From IMG/VR virus record IMGVR_UViG_3300012940_000085, positions 1-29,046 of that record: DNA of 29,046 bases; one strand, given 5' to 3'. Positions 7,542 through 16,437 of this stretch are shown piece by piece. The DNA comes from a virus (lineage: Duplodnaviria; Caudoviricetes). The stretch's first letter is position 1. Every line of letters starts with the position of its first letter. The translations under genes were made by a program, and so were the position numbers. The notes below the pieces were generated by a model that saw only the letters and a program-made list of their open reading frames with translations, was not told where the DNA came from and searched no databases.

Positions 7542-7949
7542 TTAGTCTATAACCTCTGCTTTATCAGTAAATGGCTTCATGCCATTGTTGAACGACGTTC
7601 CAGGGCTTTTGCTGTACGTAGATGCATGAGCTACGAGGTTCCCGTGTGACTGTTCGATTACTTTTGAATACCAGACTTTCCTTGCTCCTTCAAGTAATAC
7701 CAATGCTTCATCAAGCGTGAATGGTTCTTTGATTGTCTTACCATATGCGTCAAGCTTTTCAATGTATCCTCGCTTAATAGCAAGCACGCCATCCCAGCCG
7801 AAGTAATACCCAAATTCTGCAACCATATAAATTTCCGGTGATACATCAAGACCTTTTCTGGTACGCTGACGCTCTAGGCGCTTACGCCCACGATCAATGG
7901 CTTTCTTGCGCTCATTTTCAGGCAACAGATCAAGAATTGACTTGCTCAT
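7542..7949 (-). CDS. Tail assembly chaperone (second, pre-TMP)
   Basis: Directly upstream of the TMP; AAGGA SD 8 nt before the ATG at 7949. Confidence 0.6.
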   Translation of the reverse strand: MSKSILDLLPENERKKAIDRGRKRLERQRTRKGLDVSPEIYMVAEFGYYFGWDGVLAIKRGYIEKLDAYGKTIKEPFTLDEALVLLEGARKVWYSKVIEQSHGNLVAHASTYSKSPGTSFNNGMKPFTDKAEVID

Positions 7950-8400
7950 CAATGTCTTCCTTTTCTTCTGGTTTTACTGATCCTGGCGTATCAATTTGTT
8001 TTGTTTTCCCAAATACAATCTTGAATAATTTCGCACGCTCTGTGTCAGTTAAAGTATTCATTATCACGTCAACAACTCTACCGTCACTATCATCAGACAT
8101 GCATCTTTTGTATGTTTCAAATTCAAATTTCTTTATTTCGCTCAATTCTTCTGATAGTGATTCGGCTTTTTTTGTAAGTTTATTTATTTTCTTAAGGTCT
8201 TCTGGTTTGCTCGGATTATATTTTGTGAAGTCAAGAGCGCTAAGTTCGTCGATTACCTTACCCAAACGCCTGAGTTTACGAGACAAGTCTAATTCTTCAC
8301 CTGCGCCCATTCGACGCACCTTAAGAGTTCCAACGCCCTCAATATTCACTGTTTTAATATTCTGTATATTATTCAGTGCAACGTTTACATCAGCTTCCAT
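7930..8400 (-). CDS. Tail assembly chaperone (first)
   Basis: Between major tail and TMP; AGGAGG SD supports the ATG at 8400 (MEADVN...). Confidence 0.65.
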   Translation of the reverse strand: MEADVNVALNNIQNIKTVNIEGVGTLKVRRMGAGEELDLSRKLRRLGKVIDELSALDFTKYNPSKPEDLKKINKLTKKAESLSEELSEIKKFEFETYKRCMSDDSDGRVVDVIMNTLTDTERAKLFKIVFGKTKQIDTPGSVKPEEKEDIDEQVNS

Positions 8401-8453
8401 ATAACCCTCCTGGATTATCAATGCTCTCGCACATATTATGTTTCCTACTATTA

Positions 8454-8469
8454 ATTATGGAGGGGCTGA
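8454..8469 (-). promoter_or_regulatory. Putative late promoter motif, copy 4
   Basis: Exact motif followed by TAATAGTAGG; positioned to restart late transcription after the 9136-9164 terminator. Confidence 0.75.
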
Positions 8470-8472
8470 GTG

Positions 8473-8497
8473 TGCTATAATCATCTGCAAATAGGAG
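8473..8497 (+). promoter_or_regulatory. Extended -10 promoter and SD for the membrane-protein moron
   Basis: TGcTATAAT (8473-8481) and AGGAG (8493-8497) before the ATG at 8502. Confidence 0.65.
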
Positions 8498-8501
8498 TAT
8501 T

Positions 8502-8795
8502 ATGGATAAGGATCAAGCTAACCAAGTTCTCACAGAAACACTTAACGGCTCTACCGCATCAGATGATTCATCGGCTGCTATTATCATGGTTTCAGTAGTA
8601 ATATGGTTTGTACTGTCAATGATTATGGGATTCGTAGCTTCAGCGATAGCAAACTACAACGAAAGAAGGCAAGTTCATGCTTTTTTTGCGGGATTCTTTC
8701 TTGGTCCGCTAGGTGTGATTGCTTATATGATAATGGGTGAATCTATTGATCTTAGAGTGCGGCTTGAGCAAAAAGCATTAAAGAAAATCAAATGA
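8502..8795 (+). CDS. Small membrane protein (moron), paralog of the next gene
   Basis: Two hydrophobic segments; AFFAGFFLGPLGVIAY; promoter and SD present. Confidence 0.8.
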   Translation: MDKDQANQVLTETLNGSTASDDSSAAIIMVSVVIWFVLSMIMGFVASAIANYNERRQVHAFFAGFFLGPLGVIAYMIMGESIDLRVRLEQKALKKIK

Positions 8796-9118
8796 TGCTG
8801 CGCAACATGAGTCATAAAGTAGACAACCCATATCAAACCAAGCAAATAGTCGTCGCGATAGCAATGATTGGTTTTACTGCGTTTTTAGTTAGTAGATTAT
8901 CTGTTGGCTGGGCATTGCTGTGGCTTGCGTCCTACCTTGTATGGGCTATTGTATGTGCTGATATGGCTAAGCGTAGAGGCAGGTCGCTTGCTGGTGGAAT
9001 AGTTGGCGGATATTATTTTGGTTTCTTGGCTATTTTTTACTATCTAATTGCTGGGGATTCGGTTGAAATGAGAGTAATTAAGGAAGAAGAAGCTAGGCGT
9101 AAGCACCATATCAGTTGA
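8792..9118 (+). CDS. Small membrane protein (moron)
   Basis: Three hydrophobic segments; MAKRRGRS...GYYFGFLAIFYY; ATGA overlap with the previous gene. Confidence 0.8.
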   Translation: MMLRNMSHKVDNPYQTKQIVVAIAMIGFTAFLVSRLSVGWALLWLASYLVWAIVCADMAKRRGRSLAGGIVGGYYFGFLAIFYYLIAGDSVEMRVIKEEEARRKHHIS

Positions 9119-9135
9119 GTTAAGAATGCTAAAGC

Positions 9136-9164
9136 AAAAAGCCCCTTCGAGATTGGGGCTTTTT
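9136..9164. terminator. Bidirectional intrinsic terminator
   Basis: AAAAAGCCCC-N9-GGGGCTTTTT between convergent genes. Confidence 0.85.
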
Positions 9165-9181
9165 ATTTAGGGCAGCTCTGC

Positions 9182-9655
9182 CTAGCTAGTAGCGGGAGTA
9201 CCGTAAGTAATCGCACCAACTGGATAGAAGTGTATTGTTACTGACTTATCGTCAGTGGCGTTGTCTGGGCCACTCTCTTCGAAGGAGACACGAGCAGTAA
9301 AACTTCTGTCACGATCTTCATCCTCTTCACATTCGTAGTGGAATACTACTGGCACTGGTTCTGGAATAGTACATGATCCACCATCTCCTATAACAAAGGC
9401 ATCTCCATCCATGTTATCAGGCATGAAGTATTGTAAATCACTCCACTTGTTAGGGAAGAATGAAATATCGTATGATGGGTTATCTAACTGATTGGTCGGT
9501 GTAGTTGTAGTACCGCTTAGACGTTCGCTAGTCCGAAGAAGCGGTGCAATGTTAGGCGTGATTTCACCAAGCATAAAGCTCGGAATAGTTACACCATTAA
9601 TATCAATACTGAGCTTCCCGCCCATTGGGTCTGTAAAAGTTGGTACAGGTGGCAT
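9182..9655 (-). CDS. Major tail tube protein
   Basis: 157 aa, acidic and beta-rich; strong AAGGAG SD; follows the tail terminator gene and precedes a terminator. Confidence 0.7.
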   Translation of the reverse strand: MPPVPTFTDPMGGKLSIDINGVTIPSFMLGEITPNIAPLLRTSERLSGTTTTPTNQLDNPSYDISFFPNKWSDLQYFMPDNMDGDAFVIGDGGSCTIPEPVPVVFHYECEEDEDRDRSFTARVSFEESGPDNATDDKSVTIHFYPVGAITYGTPATS

Positions 9656-9657
9656 AA

Positions 9658-10074
9658 TTATTTCTCCTTGTAAATTATTGTTCCTGTCATGCTGTAGATG
9701 ACTCTATTTTGGGCATCTAAGCCGACGTTTGTTATTGTTGATGGTTTCGAGAGTTCTACGTTTGTATACGCTGGTATAGTTACGTTTTGACCCTCTATTC
9801 TTATGGAAACAGCAGGTAATTCACAGATATTCTGGTAGTTGTTTATCAGAAACTTACGAATCTGAGATAACTTATAGCTACCATCCAAATCTGAATTACC
9901 CCTTGCAAGCAGCTCGTAGCTCTGCGTATCTCGGCCATGCCTCTCTACGGGGTCGCCTATATCTGCGATATAAATACCCTTCTTGTCAAGAGTGAGCTTT
10001 TGATAAAACAAATCTACGTCTATAGTGCCAAAGCCTTCTTCTTCAAGTAGCTTCAAAAAACTTAACGTAATCAT
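9658..10074 (-). CDS. Tail terminator / completion protein
   Basis: Synteny and size; FGTIDVDLF...YELLARG...GLDAQNRVIYS pattern. Confidence 0.65.
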   Translation of the reverse strand: MITLSFLKLLEEEGFGTIDVDLFYQKLTLDKKGIYIADIGDPVERHGRDTQSYELLARGNSDLDGSYKLSQIRKFLINNYQNICELPAVSIRIEGQNVTIPAYTNVELSKPSTITNVGLDAQNRVIYSMTGTIIYKEK

Positions 10075-10076
10075 AG

Positions 10077-10418
10077 TCAGCGACTCATATCCACGTATTT
10101 CTTAGGGTTTTCTTTTGCAACGCTATCACCAGCCTGTTTCAGGTAGTGTTTAGCCGTTATTTTTGTTTTGTAATTTCGGCCGGTCATACCACCTAATTCA
10201 TGGATACGACCGTACGGCACACCGTTGCCCCCAAACACCGCAGATGTAATACCGTTATCTTCCTCGACCCTACCGCTTTGCTGGAGGTCTCCAGTGTCCC
10301 TAGGAGCTAGCAAGATGCCTCGGATAACCATGGTGGCCGCCATCTTACCTTCAGCTCTCTTGAGAACTCTAGATTCGTCTGCAAGCCATTTGGCTGAGTT
10401 AGATATGAATCCACCCAT
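10077..10418 (-). CDS. HK97 gp10-like tail completion (neck) protein
   Basis: APRDTGDLQQS...PYGRIHELGG...KHYLKQA signature. Confidence 0.8.
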   Translation of the reverse strand: MGGFISNSAKWLADESRVLKRAEGKMAATMVIRGILLAPRDTGDLQQSGRVEEDNGITSAVFGGNGVPYGRIHELGGMTGRNYKTKITAKHYLKQAGDSVAKENPKKYVDMSR

Positions 10419-10828
10419 TATGATTCTTCCCTTGGCTCAATATATTCAGCGTAGTCAGCAGCCTGTAAAGTCAACTCGTAGTGCTCTATCACACCATCAT
10501 CTTGATTACGGCCTATGCCATAACCAACAATTTCATAGTCATTACCGCCTATACGAATACCGTTACCAACAAACTTCTTCGGATTGCTTGGTATAAAGCT
10601 TTCATCAGGGTAAATGTATAGGAGTGAATCTGACTGATGCGTTTCCTGATTATTTGATGTAATCATCCCGCCGTCTATGTCAGCCACTCCGAATGCATCA
10701 TGAGAATCTGTTATTCGATTACCGTAAACACCGCCCCTAGATATTTCTAGGTATTGGTAATTCACTTCCTCGAATATATCAAACACATCCACAGCTGCTG
10801 CTCCTATGCGTCTTACAGGTTTTCCCAT
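10418..10828 (-). CDS. Head closure protein
   Basis: Synteny; IRIGGNDYEIV...HYELTL ending; true start may be GTG at 10792. Confidence 0.65.
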   Translation of the reverse strand: MGKPVRRIGAAAVDVFDIFEEVNYQYLEISRGGVYGNRITDSHDAFGVADIDGGMITSNNQETHQSDSLLYIYPDESFIPSNPKKFVGNGIRIGGNDYEIVGYGIGRNQDDGVIEHYELTLQAADYAEYIEPREES

Positions 10829-11414
10829 GCAAGACGTACCCTATATTGCACATGCTGTACTTAGAGATTGTCCGTCGGTTGGCGTTCAAGAACGCCTCAT
10901 CGTCTGTAAGGTCTCCAAACGTTATAGAAAAGTTCCTTACATCTTTGCGTTTTACATTTCCTTTTCCAGCTTTGTACTTTTTCGATACATTCGCAAACAA
11001 CTGCGCCCATAGCATCTTCAAGTCATTAGGAACTATTGGGTTAAATCCCCATCTCGCATCTAATGTGACTTTATTGTGTCCACTAAGTTTCTTATCGAAA
11101 ACGATTGAGTTATAGTAGGTGTTATTTCGCTTATCCCAGAATGCAGGATAGTAGTCAGTTGTGACTTTACCATCAACTTTTACTTCCGTTATCTCTGTGA
11201 AAATACCAGTAAATACCGTACTATGACCCTCTCGTATATCGAACTCTTGGGTATGCTCCTCTGCATCGCCGCTTCCGTCAGGATTGACTTCAATGGTTAT
11301 ACAAAGCAGTTCCTCAAGACTCTCTTTTGCTATGTCAAGGTACAAATCAAAGTTTGTGTTTTCAGTAGGCGTAAGGGGTCGCCCTAATAATGCAGCTAAT
11401 TCTTCTTTAGTCAT
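10779..11414 (-). CDS. Head-tail connector / adaptor
   Basis: Immediately after the capsid gene; MTKEELAALLG...LDIAKESLE...WGF...VPNDLK pattern. Confidence 0.75.
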   Translation of the reverse strand: MTKEELAALLGRPLTPTENTNFDLYLDIAKESLEELLCITIEVNPDGSGDAEEHTQEFDIREGHSTVFTGIFTEITEVKVDGKVTTDYYPAFWDKRNNTYYNSIVFDKKLSGHNKVTLDARWGFNPIVPNDLKMLWAQLFANVSKKYKAGKGNVKRKDVRNFSITFGDLTDDEAFLNANRRTISKYSMCNIGYVLHGKTCKTHRSSSCGCV

Positions 11415-11443
11415 TTAGTTTGACCCCTTTTTTTCCTTATCTC

Positions 11444-13480
11444 TTAAGAACCTACCGTAATAGCAATAGCGGCTTTGCGGCCAGTAAGACCACCGCCTGC
11501 CCAAATTTCCTGCAAGTATTCTTGCTTGTTGGTCTTCAAGATGAAGTTCTGGAAGCCCTCTATTGTGGTATCACCAACAACTTTATACGCAGACAGGACA
11601 ACTACAACGGCATCTACATTCGGGGAGTTGGCATCGGTAAACCAGTCTGGCTCGATTATGGTATCAATGTCGAACACATCGCTTGCCTTTGATCCAAGCG
11701 GGAATAATAGACGACCATCGTTATCTTTTTCAAAACGTGCATCAGTGCTAAAGCCACTCTTAGCGATAAGGATAACCTCACCAGGTGTTTTTACCTGGTC
11801 TTTAGCTCGTGCTACAACTTCGGCAAGGCTTTGGTTCACACCGATCTCAACCACACCACCAAAGAATCCACCATCAATAGCGTCGGCTACGATTGGGTAG
11901 AAACCACGTGGGTTACCTTCTTTGATTTTGTAATCATTGTCAGAAGCACGGCCGTCCCCAAGTACAATAGCGCGCTCGACTTCGCGAACAATACGCTGCG
12001 GCAATTCGCTCAGAACGTAAGTTACCAGTGCTCCGGTTGAGCGCTGCTCTTTGATGTCTTCCTTATTAAGGGTGATGTATTTGTAAACGAACTGAGGACG
12101 CAAAATACGATCATCGAATGTCAGTACTTGTTCAGCCTTTTCCTCCTGATCAGCACGGTTGTAACCACGTGCGCGACCATCGTTAGAATTAACATCATCT
12201 TCTGTGTCCCAGGCAGCGTTCCACACATCTGCACCAACCTTTGCTACACGGTTCCAAATCTCACCACCATCTTCAAAAGCATTTTGAATAGCCTCTACAA
12301 GTGGTGTAGGCAAGAAGATTTCTGGGTTTGTTACACCGGCTTTTACTTCCAGGTGCTCTTTCCATGCGTTGCGTACTTTAGCAGAGCTTGAACCGTCACC
12401 CATTTGCCCAGGGTTTGCTGCGAGAATATTTGCGAATACATCCATTGCCTCATCGCTCTTCAAGTATGCTTTTAAATCTGGCTTAGGAGCAGCATTAGTT
12501 GGTTCAGCCTGATCTTTAGGCTCAATTACCTGTGCGGCTGCAATTTTTTCTTGTTCTGTCATTACAGTTTCCTTCTTATTGATTACTTTTTTTACTTCAT
12601 CGACGACCTTATCAGTGTCGATTTCTACGTCATAAGTCACCGAGCCATCATTATTTACCTTCGTGTTGGTAACAGTGGTATTATTTGCTACTGCTTGGTC
12701 AATAACTTCTTGCTCGACTTCGACGGTTTCTGCTTCTTCATCAGAGGCACTTGATGTCCCAGTATCATTTGAAGCAGGTACTTTGGTTGTATTGGTAGCA
12801 TCTTGCCCCTCCACTTCTTCCGCTTTAATCTTTTCGACTAAAGAGTTGATTGAGTCTTTGGTGGCACTCATGCTATAAGCAACTTTTCCGTTCACTAGAT
12901 TCTTGATGGCATCTGAAACGCTTACTTTTTCCTTTGCTTCGATTACTTCGTCCGCAAATCCCATTTCAACTGCTTCATCGGCTGTCATCCACGTTTCTGC
13001 GTTTAAAAGCTCCTTGATCTCTTCTTCACTTTTACCTGTACGGGCTGTATAGATTGGTAGCATTGATTTCTCTATTGAGTTCAATACCTCACCCACCTTT
13101 TCCATCTCGTTTGCATCGCCAATGGCGAGCGTCCACGGCTTGTGAATCATCATCATTGAACCTGGTGACATTACAATTTTGTCTCCAGCCATTGCGATAA
13201 TAGAAGCGATAGAAGCTGCTAAACCGTCAACACGGATAGTAACCTTACCATCATGTCCTCGAAGTGCGTTGTACATTGCGACACCTGCGAATACATCACC
13301 GCCACCACTATTTAGCGATACGGTGAGATCTCCTTGGTGTTCCTTAAGCTCATCTCGTAACATCTCTGGTGTAGCGCTGTCGCCCCACCAACTCTCTCTG
13401 CTTGAGATGTCTCCTTCAATGACAAGTTCGTTTCCGTTGCTCTCTACAGAGTTCTTCCACGACCAAAACTTCTTTGGCAT
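11444..13480 (-). CDS. ClpP-type prohead protease fused to HK97-fold major capsid protein
   Basis: LNSGGGDV, DGLAASIASII (Ser), MMIHKPW (His), ETWMTADEAVEMGFAD; acidic linker; C-terminal capsid domain with IVREVERAIVLGDG. Confidence 0.92.
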   Translation of the reverse strand: MPKKFWSWKNSVESNGNELVIEGDISSRESWWGDSATPEMLRDELKEHQGDLTVSLNSGGGDVFAGVAMYNALRGHDGKVTIRVDGLAASIASIIAMAGDKIVMSPGSMMMIHKPWTLAIGDANEMEKVGEVLNSIEKSMLPIYTARTGKSEEEIKELLNAETWMTADEAVEMGFADEVIEAKEKVSVSDAIKNLVNGKVAYSMSATKDSINSLVEKIKAEEVEGQDATNTTKVPASNDTGTSSASDEEAETVEVEQEVIDQAVANNTTVTNTKVNNDGSVTYDVEIDTDKVVDEVKKVINKKETVMTEQEKIAAAQVIEPKDQAEPTNAAPKPDLKAYLKSDEAMDVFANILAANPGQMGDGSSSAKVRNAWKEHLEVKAGVTNPEIFLPTPLVEAIQNAFEDGGEIWNRVAKVGADVWNAAWDTEDDVNSNDGRARGYNRADQEEKAEQVLTFDDRILRPQFVYKYITLNKEDIKEQRSTGALVTYVLSELPQRIVREVERAIVLGDGRASDNDYKIKEGNPRGFYPIVADAIDGGFFGGVVEIGVNQSLAEVVARAKDQVKTPGEVILIAKSGFSTDARFEKDNDGRLLFPLGSKASDVFDIDTIIEPDWFTDANSPNVDAVVVVLSAYKVVGDTTIEGFQNFILKTNKQEYLQEIWAGGGLTGRKAAIAITVGS

Positions 13481-13557
13481 GTTTAATCCTTTTATTAAAA
13501 TTTGTAGAACACTCCCTTGCGTTCTTAGTGAACTTTGCTTGTTCGGTCCTACTATTA

Positions 13558-13573
13558 ATTATGGAGAGGCTGA
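13558..13573 (-). promoter_or_regulatory. Putative late promoter motif, copy 5 (overlaps the portal stop)
   Basis: TCAGCCTCTCCATAAT followed by TAATAGTAGG; the portal TAA lies inside CATAAT. Confidence 0.75.
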
Positions 13574-15001
13574 GATTAGTGGTACTGCTAACACCTTGCA
13601 ACTACTGTTCCCACACTTATCTTTATCTGCGTAGTCTTTGTTGGTCGTCATGCCTAGGAACCTGTCACATTTAGCGCAGTGACGCTCGTATTCGACTTCG
13701 TTCAGAGGTGTAACACCATCTATCTTTGATGGGTCAGGCGCTCCATCTACCTCACCGCCTTCATCAACTTCAGGCTTATCATTATCTATAGTGGCTGCTC
13801 CGCTTCCGAGCTTAAGTAACTTGTAAGATTGAGATAATTGCAAAGCATCAACAGCACTATCAAGGCTGTACCCCATATCCATAAGATCCTTAATCATGGC
13901 TACTTCTTCGCGTTTGGTCTTGGCCTTAACTAATTCCGCATCAGAAACAGCGGGAATCTCATACTTGAACGTAATTGCTGCCCCTAAACCTCCAGTAATG
14001 CGGTTGAGTTCATGGGTAATCTGTGAATATATACGTAGTGCAAGAGGCTTTACAGCTCTCTTGGCAAATCCATTCTCAGATACTTCAGCGTTAGAATATT
14101 TAGCCGAACTATCGACTCCCTTAATGATTGATGAGACACCATAAGATTCAGATAATCGATTATCAACATGCTTAAGTAATGGGTCGAAATCAATCTCTTT
14201 GTTTGTTTGTGCAAATGGTATCCATTCAACTTGTGCGGGAGCCTGATTACCTTGTTGGTCAATAGGAACGTGTGTATAGGAAACGTTATTGTTATTTCCA
14301 GCACCCCTGTGCCGCTCTTGAAGCTTTGCAACCATATCCTTGTATTCTGGTACGCTTGGGGCTGCTACCTTAAATACGCCAGCCGGTATTGCGTTGTTTT
14401 CAAAGAAACCGTTTTGGAAATCTGCTATATGCCCGTCGAGCGTAGCCCACTTAGCAGCGGATAGATATGGCGAGTAGCCACCGTATAGGTTGCCTGGTTT
14501 TGCTCCTCCGGGAATTGCTATTACTTCATCTTCAGTAAACTCTTGAGCACCAATTTTGTAGTAGATTTTCCCATCACGATATTCAATTCCTGGGCACTCC
14601 AGGAAAGTGTAACCTGCGATATTCTTGCCTTTAAACCCAAACTCACCGCCTGGTTTTGCTACGCCACCTTCATTACGCCATACGAGCAGGTAAGTGTAGT
14701 CTTGGGCGAGCACAGACACGCCGAGCTTTTCCATAAATAGTGGCAGACTATCTCTCTTGTTCGGGTGAAATAATGCATCTAACGCCGCATGTGGCACAGG
14801 TTTCCCGTTGCCATTGATTGCATAAGGAACAATCCCCATGAGTTCATTAGTGATTGGCCTAACATTCGGATAGTGACTGGCGTATTTGTCAGATTTGTAA
14901 TGGTTGTATAGACCGTATGGGTTTACCTGAGCAAAACTAGGTGCACCTACAAGGTTCACTTGAGAATTTACGCCTTTGATGGCTGTACCGAGTATATTCA
15001 C
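13559..15001 (-). CDS. Portal protein (HK97-like) with C-terminal zinc ribbon
   Basis: GYSPY, FFENNAIPAGV, SYGVSSIIKG...KYSNAE, AVKPL motifs; between terL and the protease/capsid gene. Confidence 0.9.
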   Translation of the reverse strand: MNILGTAIKGVNSQVNLVGAPSFAQVNPYGLYNHYKSDKYASHYPNVRPITNELMGIVPYAINGNGKPVPHAALDALFHPNKRDSLPLFMEKLGVSVLAQDYTYLLVWRNEGGVAKPGGEFGFKGKNIAGYTFLECPGIEYRDGKIYYKIGAQEFTEDEVIAIPGGAKPGNLYGGYSPYLSAAKWATLDGHIADFQNGFFENNAIPAGVFKVAAPSVPEYKDMVAKLQERHRGAGNNNNVSYTHVPIDQQGNQAPAQVEWIPFAQTNKEIDFDPLLKHVDNRLSESYGVSSIIKGVDSSAKYSNAEVSENGFAKRAVKPLALRIYSQITHELNRITGGLGAAITFKYEIPAVSDAELVKAKTKREEVAMIKDLMDMGYSLDSAVDALQLSQSYKLLKLGSGAATIDNDKPEVDEGGEVDGAPDPSKIDGVTPLNEVEYERHCAKCDRFLGMTTNKDYADKDKCGNSSCKVLAVPLISASP

Positions 15002-15186
15002 TTGTTAGTTCCCTTTATGTACAGCAAGCCTATTACCGCCTGTGTGGTGAAAGATAGTAAAACGCCCCATTTGTATCCAGCTATAAGTCCTAACGTCACA
15101 GGAATAGCCAAAATGATTACTAGCAGAGTGTAATACTCTGTGATGTTTCCGAGCACATGTTTGAAGATTTTTTTAATACGATTCAA
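14998..15186 (-). CDS. Small two-TM membrane protein
   Basis: 62 aa hydrophobic ORF; TTG start with AAGGA SD; coupled to the portal start. Confidence 0.65.
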   Translation of the reverse strand: MNRIKKIFKHVLGNITEYYTLLVIILAIPVTLGLIAGYKWGVLLSFTTQAVIGLLYIKGTNK

Positions 15187-15214
15187 CCCAGTAATTCCTT
15201 TAGTTCTATATATA

Positions 15215-15230
15215 ATTATGGAGGGGCTGA
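15215..15230 (-). promoter_or_regulatory. Putative late promoter motif, copy 6
   Basis: Exact motif immediately after the terL stop. Confidence 0.75.
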
Positions 15231-15231
15231 A

Positions 15232-16437
15232 CTATAGGAGACCGCCGTACTCTATAGGTCTGAAGTTTAGCGCTCGATTCAGTAGTGCCAACGCCATAAC
15301 CTCATCATCGTGAAACCCCTCTGGAGCTGAATAGCTAAATTGCCCATTTGAGCGTTGTTCATAGGCATATAGAGCTAACTCATCTGTTAAGGTTTCTATT
15401 TTGGGATAGCTGATGTTCTGATTGTCCATAGCAATAGAGAGGTTACTAACTAACTCTTGCTTAGTAGTAGAGGTGAACTTAAAGCCCTCTAAATTCAGCC
15501 CTGCGTTTTGTAAATCGTCAAAGATTCCATCACCTACCCCTGTCGCATCGATAACGCCGCTCATGCACTTAAACTTCTGGTATGCGGATATAATGCGGCT
15601 CTTTTGCAAACCCCAATCTATCTGATTAAACCTGTCATGGTATACAACCTGTCGCTTCTCCACATCGGCTACCATAATTACTGTGAAGTCAGTATGTTTC
15701 GCTAGGTCAGCAGATAAGACATACCTACGCCCTACAATAGGTGAATCTAATAACTCACCACTTATATTCTCAAGAATATTACGAAATACTGCGCCCGCCC
15801 CATCGATAAACTCCGCTAATATCTCTTGCCTAAATGCCTCTTGGGTCATAGTGCGCTTTGCTTCTTCGATTTCCTTTTCCGTCCAAAATGGCGAATCATA
15901 AGCACTGAATGAATAATGCTGGTACTGGTGGTAAAGACTTTCAAACTTATTCTTTCCTTTTGGGGTACCGATAAGACGAGTGCGGGCATGCTTAATCATC
16001 GGATATATCGTGTTATCCCATAGCTTGGCTTTCTTAAGAACAATACCCGCCTCGTTTATAACAGCCGCATCATACCCAAACCCCTCAAGCAGTTCTGGGC
16101 GTTCAGCACTACCAAAATCAATAGTATTCCCGTTCCAAAGTGTAAGTATCTTTTTTTGTTGATTCCATTTGCAGTCTTGCCAATAATTCATCCTGATAAG
16201 TGTTGGCTTGAAATACCGCTCAATATACTTATCGATATTAGATTGCGTTGTGTCTATCCATAGTCCACGCTTGAGTTGGCCGTCCTCTTTTAGTTGGTCA
16301 AGCTCTTGCACTTCCCAGGTTACGAAATTCTTAGTTTTACCGGTTCGGCGCCCAGCTTTGATTGCAACTATAGGACTAGTGTCTTTGTATGCCTCCTTTA
16401 AAAAGGATGGTATGACCAAGCGTGTCTTCTGTTCCAT
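15232..16437 (-). CDS. terL: Terminase large subunit
   Basis: AGRRTGKT Walker A, AVINEAG Walker B, IGTPKG motif III, RNase H-like SADLAKHTDFT, IDATGVG and HDDEVMALAL. Confidence 0.95.
   Translation of the reverse strand: MEQKTRLVIPSFLKEAYKDTSPIVAIKAGRRTGKTKNFVTWEVQELDQLKEDGQLKRGLWIDTTQSNIDKYIERYFKPTLIRMNYWQDCKWNQQKKILTLWNGNTIDFGSAERPELLEGFGYDAAVINEAGIVLKKAKLWDNTIYPMIKHARTRLIGTPKGKNKFESLYHQYQHYSFSAYDSPFWTEKEIEEAKRTMTQEAFRQEILAEFIDGAGAVFRNILENISGELLDSPIVGRRYVLSADLAKHTDFTVIMVADVEKRQVVYHDRFNQIDWGLQKSRIISAYQKFKCMSGVIDATGVGDGIFDDLQNAGLNLEGFKFTSTTKQELVSNLSIAMDNQNISYPKIETLTDELALYAYEQRSNGQFSYSAPEGFHDDEVMALALLNRALNFRPIEYGGLL

Noticed and set aside
7930-8020. Programmed -1 frameshift between the tail chaperones
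   Set aside because: The downstream ORF is in the +1 frame; GGGAAAA is not phased as X XXY YYZ; a stop closes that frame shortly upstream; the second ORF has its own SD.
7838-8404. Plus-strand shadow ORFs (this one, 11475-11900, 13179-13634 and similar)
   Set aside because: Antisense to well-supported genes, with no SD or recognisable motifs.
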